64,000 nucleotides of DNA, from NCBI GenBank assembly GCA_963776245.1, contig CAVZLN010000006.1:160001-224000 (forward strand). Direction: 5' to 3'. The notes under the pieces are model-generated. The model ran no database searches. It saw nothing but the letters and a program-made list of their open reading frames with translations, and was not told where the DNA came from. Both the position numbers and the translations under genes were made by a program. This document shows positions 33,239 to 40,490 of this stretch, piece after piece. The stretch is from Candidatus Eiseniibacteriota bacterium. Its GTDB lineage: Bacteria > Eisenbacteria > RBG-16-71-46. Within the stretch, counting starts at the first letter, position 1. The number at the start of each line of letters is the position of its first letter.

Positions 33239-33724
33239 TCACTTGCGGAGCGTGGTCGCGGCCACGGCGCGCTTCAGCAGCGCGATCTGGCCAGCATGAT
33301 ACAAGTTGTGCTGAGTGACGCCGATGAACTGCGTGTACGCGGTGTAGGGAACCTCGGGTACGAGGGGTTCATCCAGCCGTTCGTCCGGAAAGTCCCGCAC
33401 TGCCTGCCGCAGCTTCTTGTTCAGCAGCTTGAGCTCCTGCACCGTCTGCTGCCAGTTCTCCTCGGTTGATGCTGGGCAGGCAGGCCAATCTTCAGCCGCC
33501 GTAAGCTGGCGCCCAACGCCCGCCAATCTCCGGAGTACCAGGTCATAGTCACTGCGAAGATGAAGCACGAGTTCCCAGATGCTATGCGCACCAGCGATGG
33601 GATGGCTGGCCGCTTGCGCCGCGGAAATGCCGGCCAGCAACTCGAGTACCGAGGGCCCGTGCCACGCCTCGCCTTCAAGCGCTCGCCTGAGCTGCTCCTC
33701 CAGCCGATTGACTTCCGCGGTCAT
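33239..33724 (-). CDS. DinB-family protein (cassette)
   Basis: AWHGPS, HSIWELVLH, QHNLYHAGQIALL. Confidence 0.85.
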   Translation of the reverse strand: MTAEVNRLEEQLRRALEGEAWHGPSVLELLAGISAAQAASHPIAGAHSIWELVLHLRSDYDLVLRRLAGVGRQLTAAEDWPACPASTEENWQQTVQELKLLNKKLRQAVRDFPDERLDEPLVPEVPYTAYTQFIGVTQHNLYHAGQIALLKRAVAATTLRK

Positions 33725-33743
33725 TCCACGCACCTCTCCATCG

Positions 33744-33766
33744 GCCTACCGCTCCGGTCAGCCTGA
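33744..33766 (-). repeat. Truncated attC remnant (3' half only)
   Basis: GCTGACCGGAGCGGTAGGC resembles the attC end GCTGAACCGGAGCGTTAGGC, directly after the VOC stop. Confidence 0.5.
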
Positions 33767-34153
33767 TCATTGGCCTTGAGGCGGCTGCCACAGCTCGATC
33801 TTGTTCCCCTCTGGATCAATGACCCAGCCGAACTTCCCGTACTCGGAGTCGTCAATCTTCTCGAGCACATTGCAGCCTTCTTCCATCAAGACCTTGACCA
33901 GGGCGTGGAGGTCTTCCACTCGGTAGTTGACCATGAAGGAAGCCGAGCTCGGAGCGAAATGATCACTCTCTTGCGGATCGATCAACCAGGCGGTCGTGCC
34001 TGCAACCGGCTTGCCCTCGGCGTCGGTCCAATCGAAGGCAGCTCCGCCCCAGGCCTGGACATCGATTCCCAAGTGCCGCTTGTACCAGGCCTGCAGTGAG
34101 GGAGCGTCCTTGGCCTTGAAGAAGATGCCGCCGATGCCAGTGACTCGTTTCAT
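33767..34153 (-). CDS. VOC/glyoxalase-family protein (cassette)
   Basis: MKRVTGIGGIFFK, WYKRHLG, MVNYRVEDL, YGKFGWVIDPEGNKIELWQP. Confidence 0.9.
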   Translation of the reverse strand: MKRVTGIGGIFFKAKDAPSLQAWYKRHLGIDVQAWGGAAFDWTDAEGKPVAGTTAWLIDPQESDHFAPSSASFMVNYRVEDLHALVKVLMEEGCNVLEKIDDSEYGKFGWVIDPEGNKIELWQPPQGQ

Positions 34154-34199
34154 GTGAGCTCCGATGCGCGGTGGTGGTGAAAGCCATGATTCTTCTGCG

Positions 34200-34263
34200 G
34201 CCTGACCCTCCGGTTCAGCGGCGGGCCGCGCAGCGGACCGTCTGCTGCAACCGGTTGTTGGGC
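34200..34263 (-). repeat. attC site (64 bp)
   Basis: GCCCAAC-AACCGGTTGCAGCAGACGGTCCGCTGCGCGGCCCGCCGCTGAACCGGAGG-GTCAGGC. Confidence 0.85.
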
Positions 34264-34700
34264 AGCGGTTGTGTTCCCTTCTCCCACCGCTCGATCCCCC
34301 CTGGCACGACCCGGAACAATGGGTGCGTCTCAGGGTGCTCCACCTGTTCGAGCCCGTCGCAGAGCTCCGGATCGCGGATCGCCAGCTTCGTCTTCAGGTG
34401 ATCCCACTCATGCTCGACCTGACCGCGAGTCACGGCAATGATCCCAGCGCCGCGCGCAGAGCTGATCTTCCGGGCCACAAACCTGTAACCACGGCCAACG
34501 GCCTCTGCCTGGACAGCCCGAAGGTAATCGGCGATCGAGCCGAGGGGGTAAGGCTGATCCCGGAAGCGTTCCAGTTGAGGGTGATGCCGGTAGCCGGTTG
34601 TTCGACCCCTCAGGACCGCCTGTGCAAGCAGGGCCTCGCGCCAGAGCGCAACGAGCCCGCGCGCATCGAGGTATTTCGGATGCAATGACCAGAGGCGCAT
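34215..34700 (-). CDS. Pyrimidine-dimer DNA glycosylase / T4 endonuclease V-like protein (cassette)
   Basis: MRLWSLHPKYLDARGLVALWREALLAQAVL..GYRHHPQLERF, HPLF..VPGGIERWE; ORF reads into the attC. Confidence 0.8.
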   Translation of the reverse strand: MRLWSLHPKYLDARGLVALWREALLAQAVLRGRTTGYRHHPQLERFRDQPYPLGSIADYLRAVQAEAVGRGYRFVARKISSARGAGIIAVTRGQVEHEWDHLKTKLAIRDPELCDGLEQVEHPETHPLFRVVPGGIERWEKGTQPLPNNRLQQTVRCAARR

Positions 34701-34728
34701 GCGTCAGATCGCCCTTCAACGTTCGTCT

Positions 34729-34785
34729 ACCCAACGCTCGGGTTCAGCGCGGGCAAAGCCCGTCCGCTGCTGTGCGTGGTCAGCC
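34729..34785 (-). repeat. attC site (57 bp, degenerate)
   Basis: GGCTGAC-CACGCACAGCAGCGGACGGGCTTTGCCCGCGCTGAACCCGAGC-GTTGGGT; carbonic anhydrase TGA in the inverse core. Confidence 0.75.
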
Positions 34786-35409
34786 GGCCTCCGGCACACC
34801 GTCGAAGAAATCCACGACTCCAGCCTCCAATGAATACTCCGCCCCTACGACGAGCAGTCCATCTCTTTGGATCATTCGCTCGAGGACTTCCGATCCGTGT
34901 CGCAGATGGTTTGCGGAGGCGCGGATGTTGGCCCTGACGGCTTGCCGCACCAGGGCATCCGGGTCGTCCCTGAGTTCTGTCGCCAGCAACGCCTCCACGG
35001 ATGGCCGAACGCGATCAACGATCGAGCGCAGATTCCGCGACTGGTTCTCCGTCGGCCGCCGAAGTTCTTCCAAGGTGGCCAGAACGGCGCCGCACTGAGA
35101 ATGCCCCAGCACCACCACCAACCGTGTGCCGAACCTCGCCGCGGCGAACTCGACACTGCCGACTTGGGAGGAAGCGACTATGTTGCCAGCAACACGGATG
35201 ACAAACAGGTCGCCAAGGCCTTGGTCGAAGACGATCTCTGCCGGCACCCGCGAGTCGGAGCATCCGAGAATGATGGCGAACGGCTCCTGACCTGCCACCA
35301 ACTCGCCACGGCGCGTCTGGCTCGTGACCGCGGCGGGGCTCCGAACGTCGGAACTGAACCGACGGTTCCCCTCTCGCAGGCGTTCGAGTGCTTCTCGCGC
35401 GGAGATCAT
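34780..35409 (-). CDS. Beta-class carbonic anhydrase (cassette)
   Basis: LGCSDSRVP, FDQGLGDLFVIRVAGN, VLGHSQCGAV. Confidence 0.93.
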   Translation of the reverse strand: MISAREALERLREGNRRFSSDVRSPAAVTSQTRRGELVAGQEPFAIILGCSDSRVPAEIVFDQGLGDLFVIRVAGNIVASSQVGSVEFAAARFGTRLVVVLGHSQCGAVLATLEELRRPTENQSRNLRSIVDRVRPSVEALLATELRDDPDALVRQAVRANIRASANHLRHGSEVLERMIQRDGLLVVGAEYSLEAGVVDFFDGVPEAG

Positions 35410-35428
35410 CTGCGCTTCATCCTCGTCC

Positions 35429-35513
35429 GGCCAACGCGGGTCGCGCTGATGCGGGGCGTGCGCAAGCACAACCCGTAACAGTGTGGACTGACAGCTTCAC
35501 AGCCTTGTTGGGC
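35429..35513 (-). repeat. attC site (85 bp, different subtype, apparently internally deleted)
   Basis: GCCCAAC-AAGGCTGTGAAGCTGTCAG...CGCGACCCGC-GTTGGCC; no complement to the GTGAAGCTG box near the 3' end. Confidence 0.65.
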
Positions 35514-35621
35514 GGCATTGTTCGCTCAGTGATCCGACAGGCCATACCCCCACAGCCCCGAGTACAGGTCGCACGGTCGACTCCCCGGGGGGATCGTCTC
35601 CTCTCGGCCCGACGCCCGCGA

Positions 35622-35820
35622 TCAGTAGACGAATGGGATGAGCTTGCGCACGCGCCGCTGGTAGGCGACATAGCCTGGGAACCGCTCCGTCAACCACTTC
35701 TCTTCTCTCCGCGCCTTGGCGTCGAGGAACACGAACAGGGCCACCACGTATCCTAGCGTGAGCCAGCTCTGGACGACCAACGCCCATCGCGAGGGCGAGA
35801 ACGATCCCACCGTTGTACAT
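35622..35820 (-). pseudogene. 3' fragment of isoprenylcysteine carboxylmethyltransferase (ICMT/PEMT)-family gene
   Basis: MYNGGIVLAL/(frameshift)/WALVVQSWLTLGY...KARREEKWLTERFPGYVAYQRRVRKLIPFVY. Confidence 0.7.
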
Positions 35821-35980
35821 CAACGATGAGCGCGTGCGACTCAGGCGAACACTGCCTCGCGTGCTCCATCGCCCGAGCTGGATTGCCCCACCACTTCGCC
35901 ACGTGTGGCTGTGCGAGCCAGCGGAGGAGCATCTCCGAATCCCGCCTTGGGTCGAAGGCCCGGAGTGTGACCTTGTGCAT
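35821..35980 (-). pseudogene. 5' fragment of GNAT acetyltransferase gene (AAC(6')-like N-terminus)
   Basis: MHKVTLRAF...MLLRWLAQPHVAKWWG; similarity ends abruptly at the junction with the ICMT fragment. Confidence 0.6.
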
Positions 35981-36006
35981 TCCGCGCGTTCTCTTCCCTT
36001 CGGTCC

Positions 36007-36103
36007 GCCTAACGCTCGCGCCCACCCGCGGCCCGCGCTACTCCAGCGAAGCTCGAAGGGTCGCGTTTCGGCGCGGGCCGTCGGGTTCAGCGCGTGGTCA
36101 GGG
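36007..36103 (-). repeat. attC site (97 bp)
   Basis: CCCTGAC-CACGCGCTGAACCCGACGGCCCGCGCC...GCGCGGGCCGCGGGTGGGCGCGAGC-GTTAGGC, canonical GTTRRRY core. Confidence 0.85.
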
Positions 36104-36700
36104 GGCCATACTCCCGCCGCGCGAAGCACTGCCCATGAGCACGCGCGTAACTGCAACCACCGAGGACCCAGCTACAACCAGCATGCCCGCCCAGACCGCA
36201 GGGTATCCAGTCACCTGCGCGAGGTGGTAGAGATCTCCGCGTCCCCCGAGGGCGAAAGCCACGGCCTCGCAGATGACGTCGAAAGCGGGTCGCAGGCAAA
36301 GCAACATGAGCGCCACTCCGAGCGCAAACGGGTGCCTCAAACGACCTCTGCGCAGCGCGAAGAAGCCGACCGCAACACTCAGACCATCCAAGAGATACGG
36401 CGCGCCAGTCATCGCGAGTTGCTGCCAGCGCGCCTGGAGACCCTGAGGCGTAATCCACGCGCGCCCGAACTCACCATGCCAGAAGCTGGGAATCAGCTTG
36501 ACCTCCGTAACGGTGCCGCCAACTACGTAGGTGCCGAGAACGTGACTCAGTTCATGAATCGGCGCATACGTCAGGTACCACAGCACCGGAATCGCCAGCA
36601 GACAAGGGATGACGACACGCAGGGGCCAGCGTCCCGCCAGGTACAGAATCAGCAGAGGGGCAACCACGACGACGAGGATCTCGAGCGTGACCAGTAGCAT
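36098..36700 (-). CDS. Membrane protein with HExxH motif, putative M50-like metallopeptidase (first cassette)
   Basis: Multiple TM segments; IHELSH; AMTGAPY; GDL motif near C-terminus. Confidence 0.55.
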   Translation of the reverse strand: MLLVTLEILVVVVAPLLILYLAGRWPLRVVIPCLLAIPVLWYLTYAPIHELSHVLGTYVVGGTVTEVKLIPSFWHGEFGRAWITPQGLQARWQQLAMTGAPYLLDGLSVAVGFFALRRGRLRHPFALGVALMLLCLRPAFDVICEAVAFALGGRGDLYHLAQVTGYPAVWAGMLVVAGSSVVAVTRVLMGSASRGGSMAP

Positions 36701-36736
36701 GCTGCTCTCCAAGTCCTGCGTGCCAGTCCCGCGGCC

Positions 36737-36743
36737 ACCTAAC
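36737..36743 (-). other. GTTRRRY core site at the start of the first cassette
   Basis: Minus strand GTTAGGT about 40 bp before the first cassette ORF, with no attC upstream. Confidence 0.55.
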
Positions 36744-36754
36744 GCGAATGGGAC

Positions 36755-36779
36755 AGCCCATCACTGCCCGATGGGCTGC
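36755..36779 (-). terminator. Hairpin after the acyl-CoA dehydrogenase stop
   Basis: CAGCCCATC-actgccc-GATGGGCTG. Confidence 0.5.
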
Positions 36780-36784
36780 CCCGC

Positions 36785-38671
36785 CTACTTCCCTCCCGTC
36801 GCCCCGGGCTCCGTGCCCGGCGCGGGCACGATCCCGCGCTCGAGCCACGTGTAGCGTCCGTCGAGGAACGCGCGGGCGACGCCGTACTGCTCGACGTCGT
36901 CGTTGTCGCGCACGCCGTCGAACAGCGCCTCGACCCGGCGGCGCGAGGCCCGGCAGAACGCCGCCGCGACCTCGAACGGGGTGCGGTCGCCGCCGTTCGC
37001 CTTCACGTCCCGCGCGGCCCGCGTGCACACCGCGGACATGGCGTAGAGCTCGGCGCCGATGTCCACGCAGCGGAACAGCAGCCCCTGGCGCTTCTCGAGC
37101 GCCGCGCCCTGGGTGACCATGAGGTGGAACAGCTGGCGTGCCAGCCGGCGCGAGGAGCGCTCGACGTAGCCAAGGTGAGGCGCCAGCGGACCGAACTCGG
37201 AGTACGCCGGCCACCGGCCCCAACCCAGCCAGCGGCTCGGGTACCACACCGCGTAGAACAGGCCCGCGCGCACCAGCCCGGCGAGGCGCCGTCCGAGCGG
37301 CACGTTCGGCATCACCACATCGCCCGCCACCTTGAGGTGCACGTCGAGCGCCTCGCGCGCGATGAACAGGCGCATCACCTGGTTCGAGCCCTCGAAGATG
37401 CGGTTGATGCGCATGTCGCGCACCACGCGCTCGAGCGCGATCGGGGCCTCGCCGCGCGAGGCGAGCGAGGGGGCGGTCTCGTAGCCGCGGCCGCCGCGCA
37501 CCTGGAGCGCGTCGTCCACCAGCCCCCACGCCACGTCGGTGTTCCACAGCTTGGCGATCGCCGCCTCGAGACGGATGTCGCTGCGGCCGCGATCGGCGAG
37601 CAGGGTGCCGAGGTCGCTCACCGCTTCCAGCGCGTACGTGTCGGCGGTCATCTTCGCGAGGATCGCCCCGATCGCCTCGTGCTTGCCGACTGCGCGGCCC
37701 CACTGCACGCGCTGGTTGGCCCACGCCCGGCACACCCCGAGGCACCACTTGGCCGCGGCCGCGCACCCGGCGGGCAGCGTGAGCCGCCCGGTGTTGAGCG
37801 TGATGAGCGCGAGCTTGAGACCCTTGCCCTCGCCCCACAGCAGGTTCTCCTTCGGCACGCGCACGTCGGTGAACTTCAGCACCGCGTTCTCGATGCCGCG
37901 GATGCCCATGAACTGCAGGCGCTGCGCGACCTCGACGCCCGGCCACGACATCTCGACCACGAACGCGCTGATCGGCCCGGGCTTGCCGTCCTTGCCCGGG
38001 GTGCGCGCCATCACCACCATCAGCTCGGCGTTGGTGCCGTTGGTGATCCACAGCTTCTGCCCGTTGAGGAGGTACGCGCTGCCGTCCGGGGTGGGCATCG
38101 CGGTGGTGGTCATGCGCGCGGGGTCGGAGCCCACCTCGCTCTCGGTGAGCGCGAACGCCGAGATCGCGCCCTTCGCCAGCCGCGGCAGGAAGCGCTTCTT
38201 CTGCTCCTCGGTGCCGAACATCTTCACCGGCCCGGGCACGCCGATGGACTGGTGCGCCGAGAGCAGCGCCACGATCGGCGCCGACACCGAACCGATGAGG
38301 GACATGGCGTGGCAATAGGTGTACTGCGAGAGCCCGAGCCCGCCGTACTCGCGCGGGATCTTGATGCCGAACGCCCCCATCGCCTTGAGGCCGTCCACCA
38401 CCTCCTGCGGGATACGGTCCTCGCGCTCGATGCGCTCGGCGTCCACCTGCGTCTTCATGAAGCGCTCGAGCGTGGCGAGGAAGGCGCCGGCGCGCTGCTG
38501 CTCCTCGGGGTCGGGCTCGGGATAGGGATGGATGAGATGCAGATCGAGCCGCCCGAGGAACAGTTCGCGGACGAACGAGGGCGCCTCCCAGGTGGTCTCA
38601 CGCGCGGCCTCGGCGACGGAACGCGCCTCCTGCTCGCTGGCGTGTGCGGCCGGCTGCTTCGGATCGCTCAT
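36785..38671 (-). CDS. Acyl-CoA dehydrogenase (long, VLCAD/ACAD9-like)
   Basis: IPREYGGLG, AFALTESEVGSD, LNGQKLWITNG, LNTGRL, RVQWG, GGRGYE, RINRIFEGSN. Confidence 0.93.
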   Translation of the reverse strand: MSDPKQPAAHASEQEARSVAEAARETTWEAPSFVRELFLGRLDLHLIHPYPEPDPEEQQRAGAFLATLERFMKTQVDAERIEREDRIPQEVVDGLKAMGAFGIKIPREYGGLGLSQYTYCHAMSLIGSVSAPIVALLSAHQSIGVPGPVKMFGTEEQKKRFLPRLAKGAISAFALTESEVGSDPARMTTTAMPTPDGSAYLLNGQKLWITNGTNAELMVVMARTPGKDGKPGPISAFVVEMSWPGVEVAQRLQFMGIRGIENAVLKFTDVRVPKENLLWGEGKGLKLALITLNTGRLTLPAGCAAAAKWCLGVCRAWANQRVQWGRAVGKHEAIGAILAKMTADTYALEAVSDLGTLLADRGRSDIRLEAAIAKLWNTDVAWGLVDDALQVRGGRGYETAPSLASRGEAPIALERVVRDMRINRIFEGSNQVMRLFIAREALDVHLKVAGDVVMPNVPLGRRLAGLVRAGLFYAVWYPSRWLGWGRWPAYSEFGPLAPHLGYVERSSRRLARQLFHLMVTQGAALEKRQGLLFRCVDIGAELYAMSAVCTRAARDVKANGGDRTPFEVAAAFCRASRRRVEALFDGVRDNDDVEQYGVARAFLDGRYTWLERGIVPAPGTEPGATGGK

Positions 38672-38809
38672 GCACATCCCTTCCGTGGAGCGCCGGCAAG
38701 AGACCGGCGCCGGTGCAGTGGTGCGGAACCCGGGTCGCGCGCAGGTTAGCGCGGCGTCATTCCCCGGGTCCATCGGCAACCCCGGGCGCGGACTCCAGCG
38801 CCACGGGGA

Positions 38810-39352
38810 TCAGGACTCGCGTGCGCTCACCAGCACCATCACCTGCCATAGCCGGGGCAGCCGCAGGTGGCGCGTGAAGTGGCCGGGGAAGGCGCGCCAT
38901 TCATGCACCGTGACGCGACCCCCGAACTCCCACGGCACCCAGCCCGAGCGGTGGGTCTCGAACGGCATGCCGGGGATCTCCTGCCGCCGGAAGCCCCACG
39001 GCGTGGTGACGAGCACGCGCCTGGCGCGGCGGGTGATGGACTCCAGCACCGCCCACGCCACCGGCTTCTCGAAGTGCTCGATGACGTCGAGGAACAGCGC
39101 GAGGTCGTAGCGCGGCGCGTCGGCCGGGAGCACCTCGCCGAGGCGCGCGACATCGCCCAGGTAGACGTGGTCGTACACCGCGTAGCGCGGCGGGTTCACG
39201 TCCACCGCGTCGACGCGCTCCGCGTCGGAGTACTCGCGCGCCAGCAGCCCGTACTTCCCGAACCCCGCGCCGACGTCGAGCACGGTGCGCGGCTGCTCGC
39301 GCGCGACCACGTCGCACACGTACGGGATCTGCCACGCTTCGGAGGTCGGCAT
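38810..39352 (-). CDS. Class I SAM-dependent methyltransferase
   Basis: VLDVGAGFGKYG, YDLALFLDVIEHF, LVTTP, THRSGW. Confidence 0.8.
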   Translation of the reverse strand: MPTSEAWQIPYVCDVVAREQPRTVLDVGAGFGKYGLLAREYSDAERVDAVDVNPPRYAVYDHVYLGDVARLGEVLPADAPRYDLALFLDVIEHFEKPVAWAVLESITRRARRVLVTTPWGFRRQEIPGMPFETHRSGWVPWEFGGRVTVHEWRAFPGHFTRHLRLPRLWQVMVLVSARES

Positions 39353-39441
39353 GGGCGCAGGGTCGCACACCGGCGCGGAAAGGCTCAAATCTCAAGGCGG
39401 AGGTCATCCGCCCGCCGGCCCCGGAGCGGGCGTGGCCGGCT

Positions 39442-40368
39442 TCAGCCCTCCCACCTCGCCCACCCGGTGCCCTCGTGCCCGAAGCGGAACGCGCGCGGAT
39501 GCATGGCCTCGGCGAGGATCTCGAGCGTCTCGGCCATGCGCGGCCCCGGGCGATTGAAGAAGGCGGCGCCGTCGCCCAGGAAGACGCGGCCCTCGCGCAC
39601 GGCGCGCAGCGCGCGCCACTCGGGGTGGACGGTGAGACCGGACATCGCGGCCCGGGTGCGCGCGAGGTCGCAGCCGGCCGGGGTGACCCAGAGGATGTCG
39701 GGATCGGCTTCCGCGAGCGCCGCCCAGTCGATGGCCACCGCGCCATCGCCGGCGGCGCCGAACACGTCGATCCCGCCCGCCATCTCGATCAGCTCGGGGT
39801 GCCAGTTCCCGGCCGCCGTCAGCGGATCGATGCGCTCGATCATGGCGACGCGCGGGCGCGGGCTGAACTCGGCGCACCGCGTCGCGACCGCCTGCACGCG
39901 CTGGCGCAGGCGCGAGATCAACTGCACGCCGCGCTCCGGCACGCCGAGGGCGTCCGCGACCTTGCGCAAGTCGCGCCACAGGTCGGCCAGGGTGTTGGGC
40001 TGCAGGACCACCACGCGCGGCAGGACCGCTTGCATGGGCGCCCTCGCGGCCCCGAGGTCGGGCTGCGACAGATCCGGCGCCGCGCGCCGGGTGCGGGTGA
40101 TCACCAGGTCGGGCATGAGCGCGGCGAGCGCGGCGGCATCCACGTGATGCACCGACGCCTCGTGTCCGTTCGGGGCGCCATTCCCCCGGCCGGGTCCGGA
40201 GCACGGCGGGTCGGTGTCGAGCCGGGGCGCCGTCACCGCCGGCAGCCGCTTCACCCACTCCGGGTGATCGCATTCGTGCGAGCGCCCGACCAGCCGCTCG
40301 CCACAGCCGAGCGCGGCCACCATCTCGGTGCTCGAGGAGATCAGGGAGACGACGCGGGTCGGGGCCAT
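39442..40368 (-). CDS. BtuF/TroA-like substrate-binding-fold protein
   Basis: RVVSLISSSTEMVAALG, LVGRSHECDHP, PDLVIT, FFNRPGPR. Confidence 0.8.
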   Translation of the reverse strand: MAPTRVVSLISSSTEMVAALGCGERLVGRSHECDHPEWVKRLPAVTAPRLDTDPPCSGPGRGNGAPNGHEASVHHVDAAALAALMPDLVITRTRRAAPDLSQPDLGAARAPMQAVLPRVVVLQPNTLADLWRDLRKVADALGVPERGVQLISRLRQRVQAVATRCAEFSPRPRVAMIERIDPLTAAGNWHPELIEMAGGIDVFGAAGDGAVAIDWAALAEADPDILWVTPAGCDLARTRAAMSGLTVHPEWRALRAVREGRVFLGDGAAFFNRPGPRMAETLEILAEAMHPRAFRFGHEGTGWARWEG

Positions 40369-40490
40369 GCGCTTCCGGGGTCAGGAGGATGGTGCGCGGA
40401 CCCGCCCCCGGGGCCGGGAGCCGGGCGTCACCTCTTCTATATACCCCCCGGGCGGTCCTCCGGTTCGGACGGATGCGCTAGAGTGCGCGC

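Larger units (their letters stand above)
31315..36743 (-). mobile_element. Integron gene-cassette array without integrase in the window (CALIN)
   Basis: Co-oriented short ORFs separated by attC-like imperfect palindromes; visibly more AT-rich than flanks; no tyrosine recombinase ORF seen. Confidence 0.85.

Noticed and set aside
32498..36103. Repeats considered as a CRISPR array or REP elements
   Set aside because: Spacing is gene-sized, the repeats vary in length, no cas genes are present, and the structure fits attC
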